DNA of 64,000 nt, from positions 372,001 to 436,000 of the forward strand of contig JAQGDQ010002377.1 of NCBI GenBank assembly GCA_030141605.1. Direction: 5' to 3'. Below the pieces are notes generated by a model. It made no database searches. It was given only the letters and a program-made list of their open reading frames with translations, and was not told where the DNA came from. The DNA is from Tubiluchus corallicola. Its lineage: Eukaryota; Animalia; Priapulida. Every line of letters starts with the position of its first letter. The stretch's first letter is position 1. Below are positions 63,155-64,000 of this stretch, piece after piece. Made by a program: the position numbers and the translations under genes.

Positions 63155-64000
63155 GTGGCTAATGAAAACTTTTATATTTACAAAATTGTCTGCAAAACTC
63201 ACTTATACTTATACTGCACAGTGTAGTGTACTATATTGCTAATTTTGTTTAATTGTTTGAACCTTGCACCACTTCTTTATTAAAATGTAGCGTAATTTAT
63301 CCATATTTGTTGCACAAGTTATGGAAGCATGTTAAGACTATCGTATAACTCATGATAAGCTTTGGGTAAACCTTTGTAAAATGAGTTACTTGCTGCAGAT
63401 GTTTTGTCACATTTTGAATACAAAGATATTTATGGTTTCTTGCAGCAAAAATGTAAGTCATGTATCTATAAGATAAAAGTTGCTGGAGCTACATGTACTG
63501 CTTTTCGTTTGCTAGCAATTGGGTATTCCCAGCTCTAGTTCTGCTCAAGTGATATATAACGGGCTTCATGAAGCCAAGTGACCTGAATGATAAAGTCCTT
63601 GCTGCTTCAACCTCAGAAAGCATTGATGAGATAGTCTCCAAAAATCATCACATTAGTGTATTGTTTTACTCAGTATTAGTAATAGAGTTAGTGTCACTAA
63701 CACTGTGTGTAATTTCAATATTATGTGTAAATTCAATCTGATGTGTTGTCTGTGTAAATCCAAGGTTAGTCGTTATGGTGCATGCACATTTGCTCTTCCA
63801 AACTATAAGTATTATTCAATTCACTTTTTTTTATGTTTTACATCTCGTATTGCTTCGATTTCCTAAAGAAAGGTTCATGGATGCGTGTATATTTGTCAGC
63901 TAAAGTTGCCTTAAGAGTTGATAAAATATGAATGAAATTATTGTAGGGTTATGTTATTGCTAGTATGTTAGTACCATTTACTCGATGTGACTTGATATTG

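Noticed and set aside
63400-63700. Possible next RAD54B exon after the ZF gene
   Set aside because: The minus-strand frame I translated shows no SNF2 motifs.

Overview
AT-rich metazoan (probably invertebrate) nuclear DNA with spliceosomal introns. Bases 1-13.7 kb show no recognisable host gene, only micro/minisatellites and LINE relics. Four protein-coding genes follow. VPS29 is complete (5 exons, minus strand). A SEC14L2-like CRAL-TRIO/GOLD lipid-transfer gene is complete (13 exons, plus strand, head-to-head with VPS29). RAD54B is represented by its 3' six coding exons (minus strand); I could not find its upstream exons. The last is an uninterrupted 11.8-kb ORF encoding a 3936-aa protein with about 110 C2H2 zinc fingers, apparently nested antisense in a RAD54B intron. 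The main novelty is the 67-finger core of that protein: four finger types in strict A-B-C(-D) order, averaging about 3.5 fingers per module (about one DNA turn at 3 bp per finger), with no Arg/Lys at helix positions -1/3/6 and mostly non-TGEKP linkers. Introns carry many non-autonomous DNA transposons (hAT, Tc1/mariner-pogo, PIF-like). All exon and finger calls were made by hand; no database searches were run.
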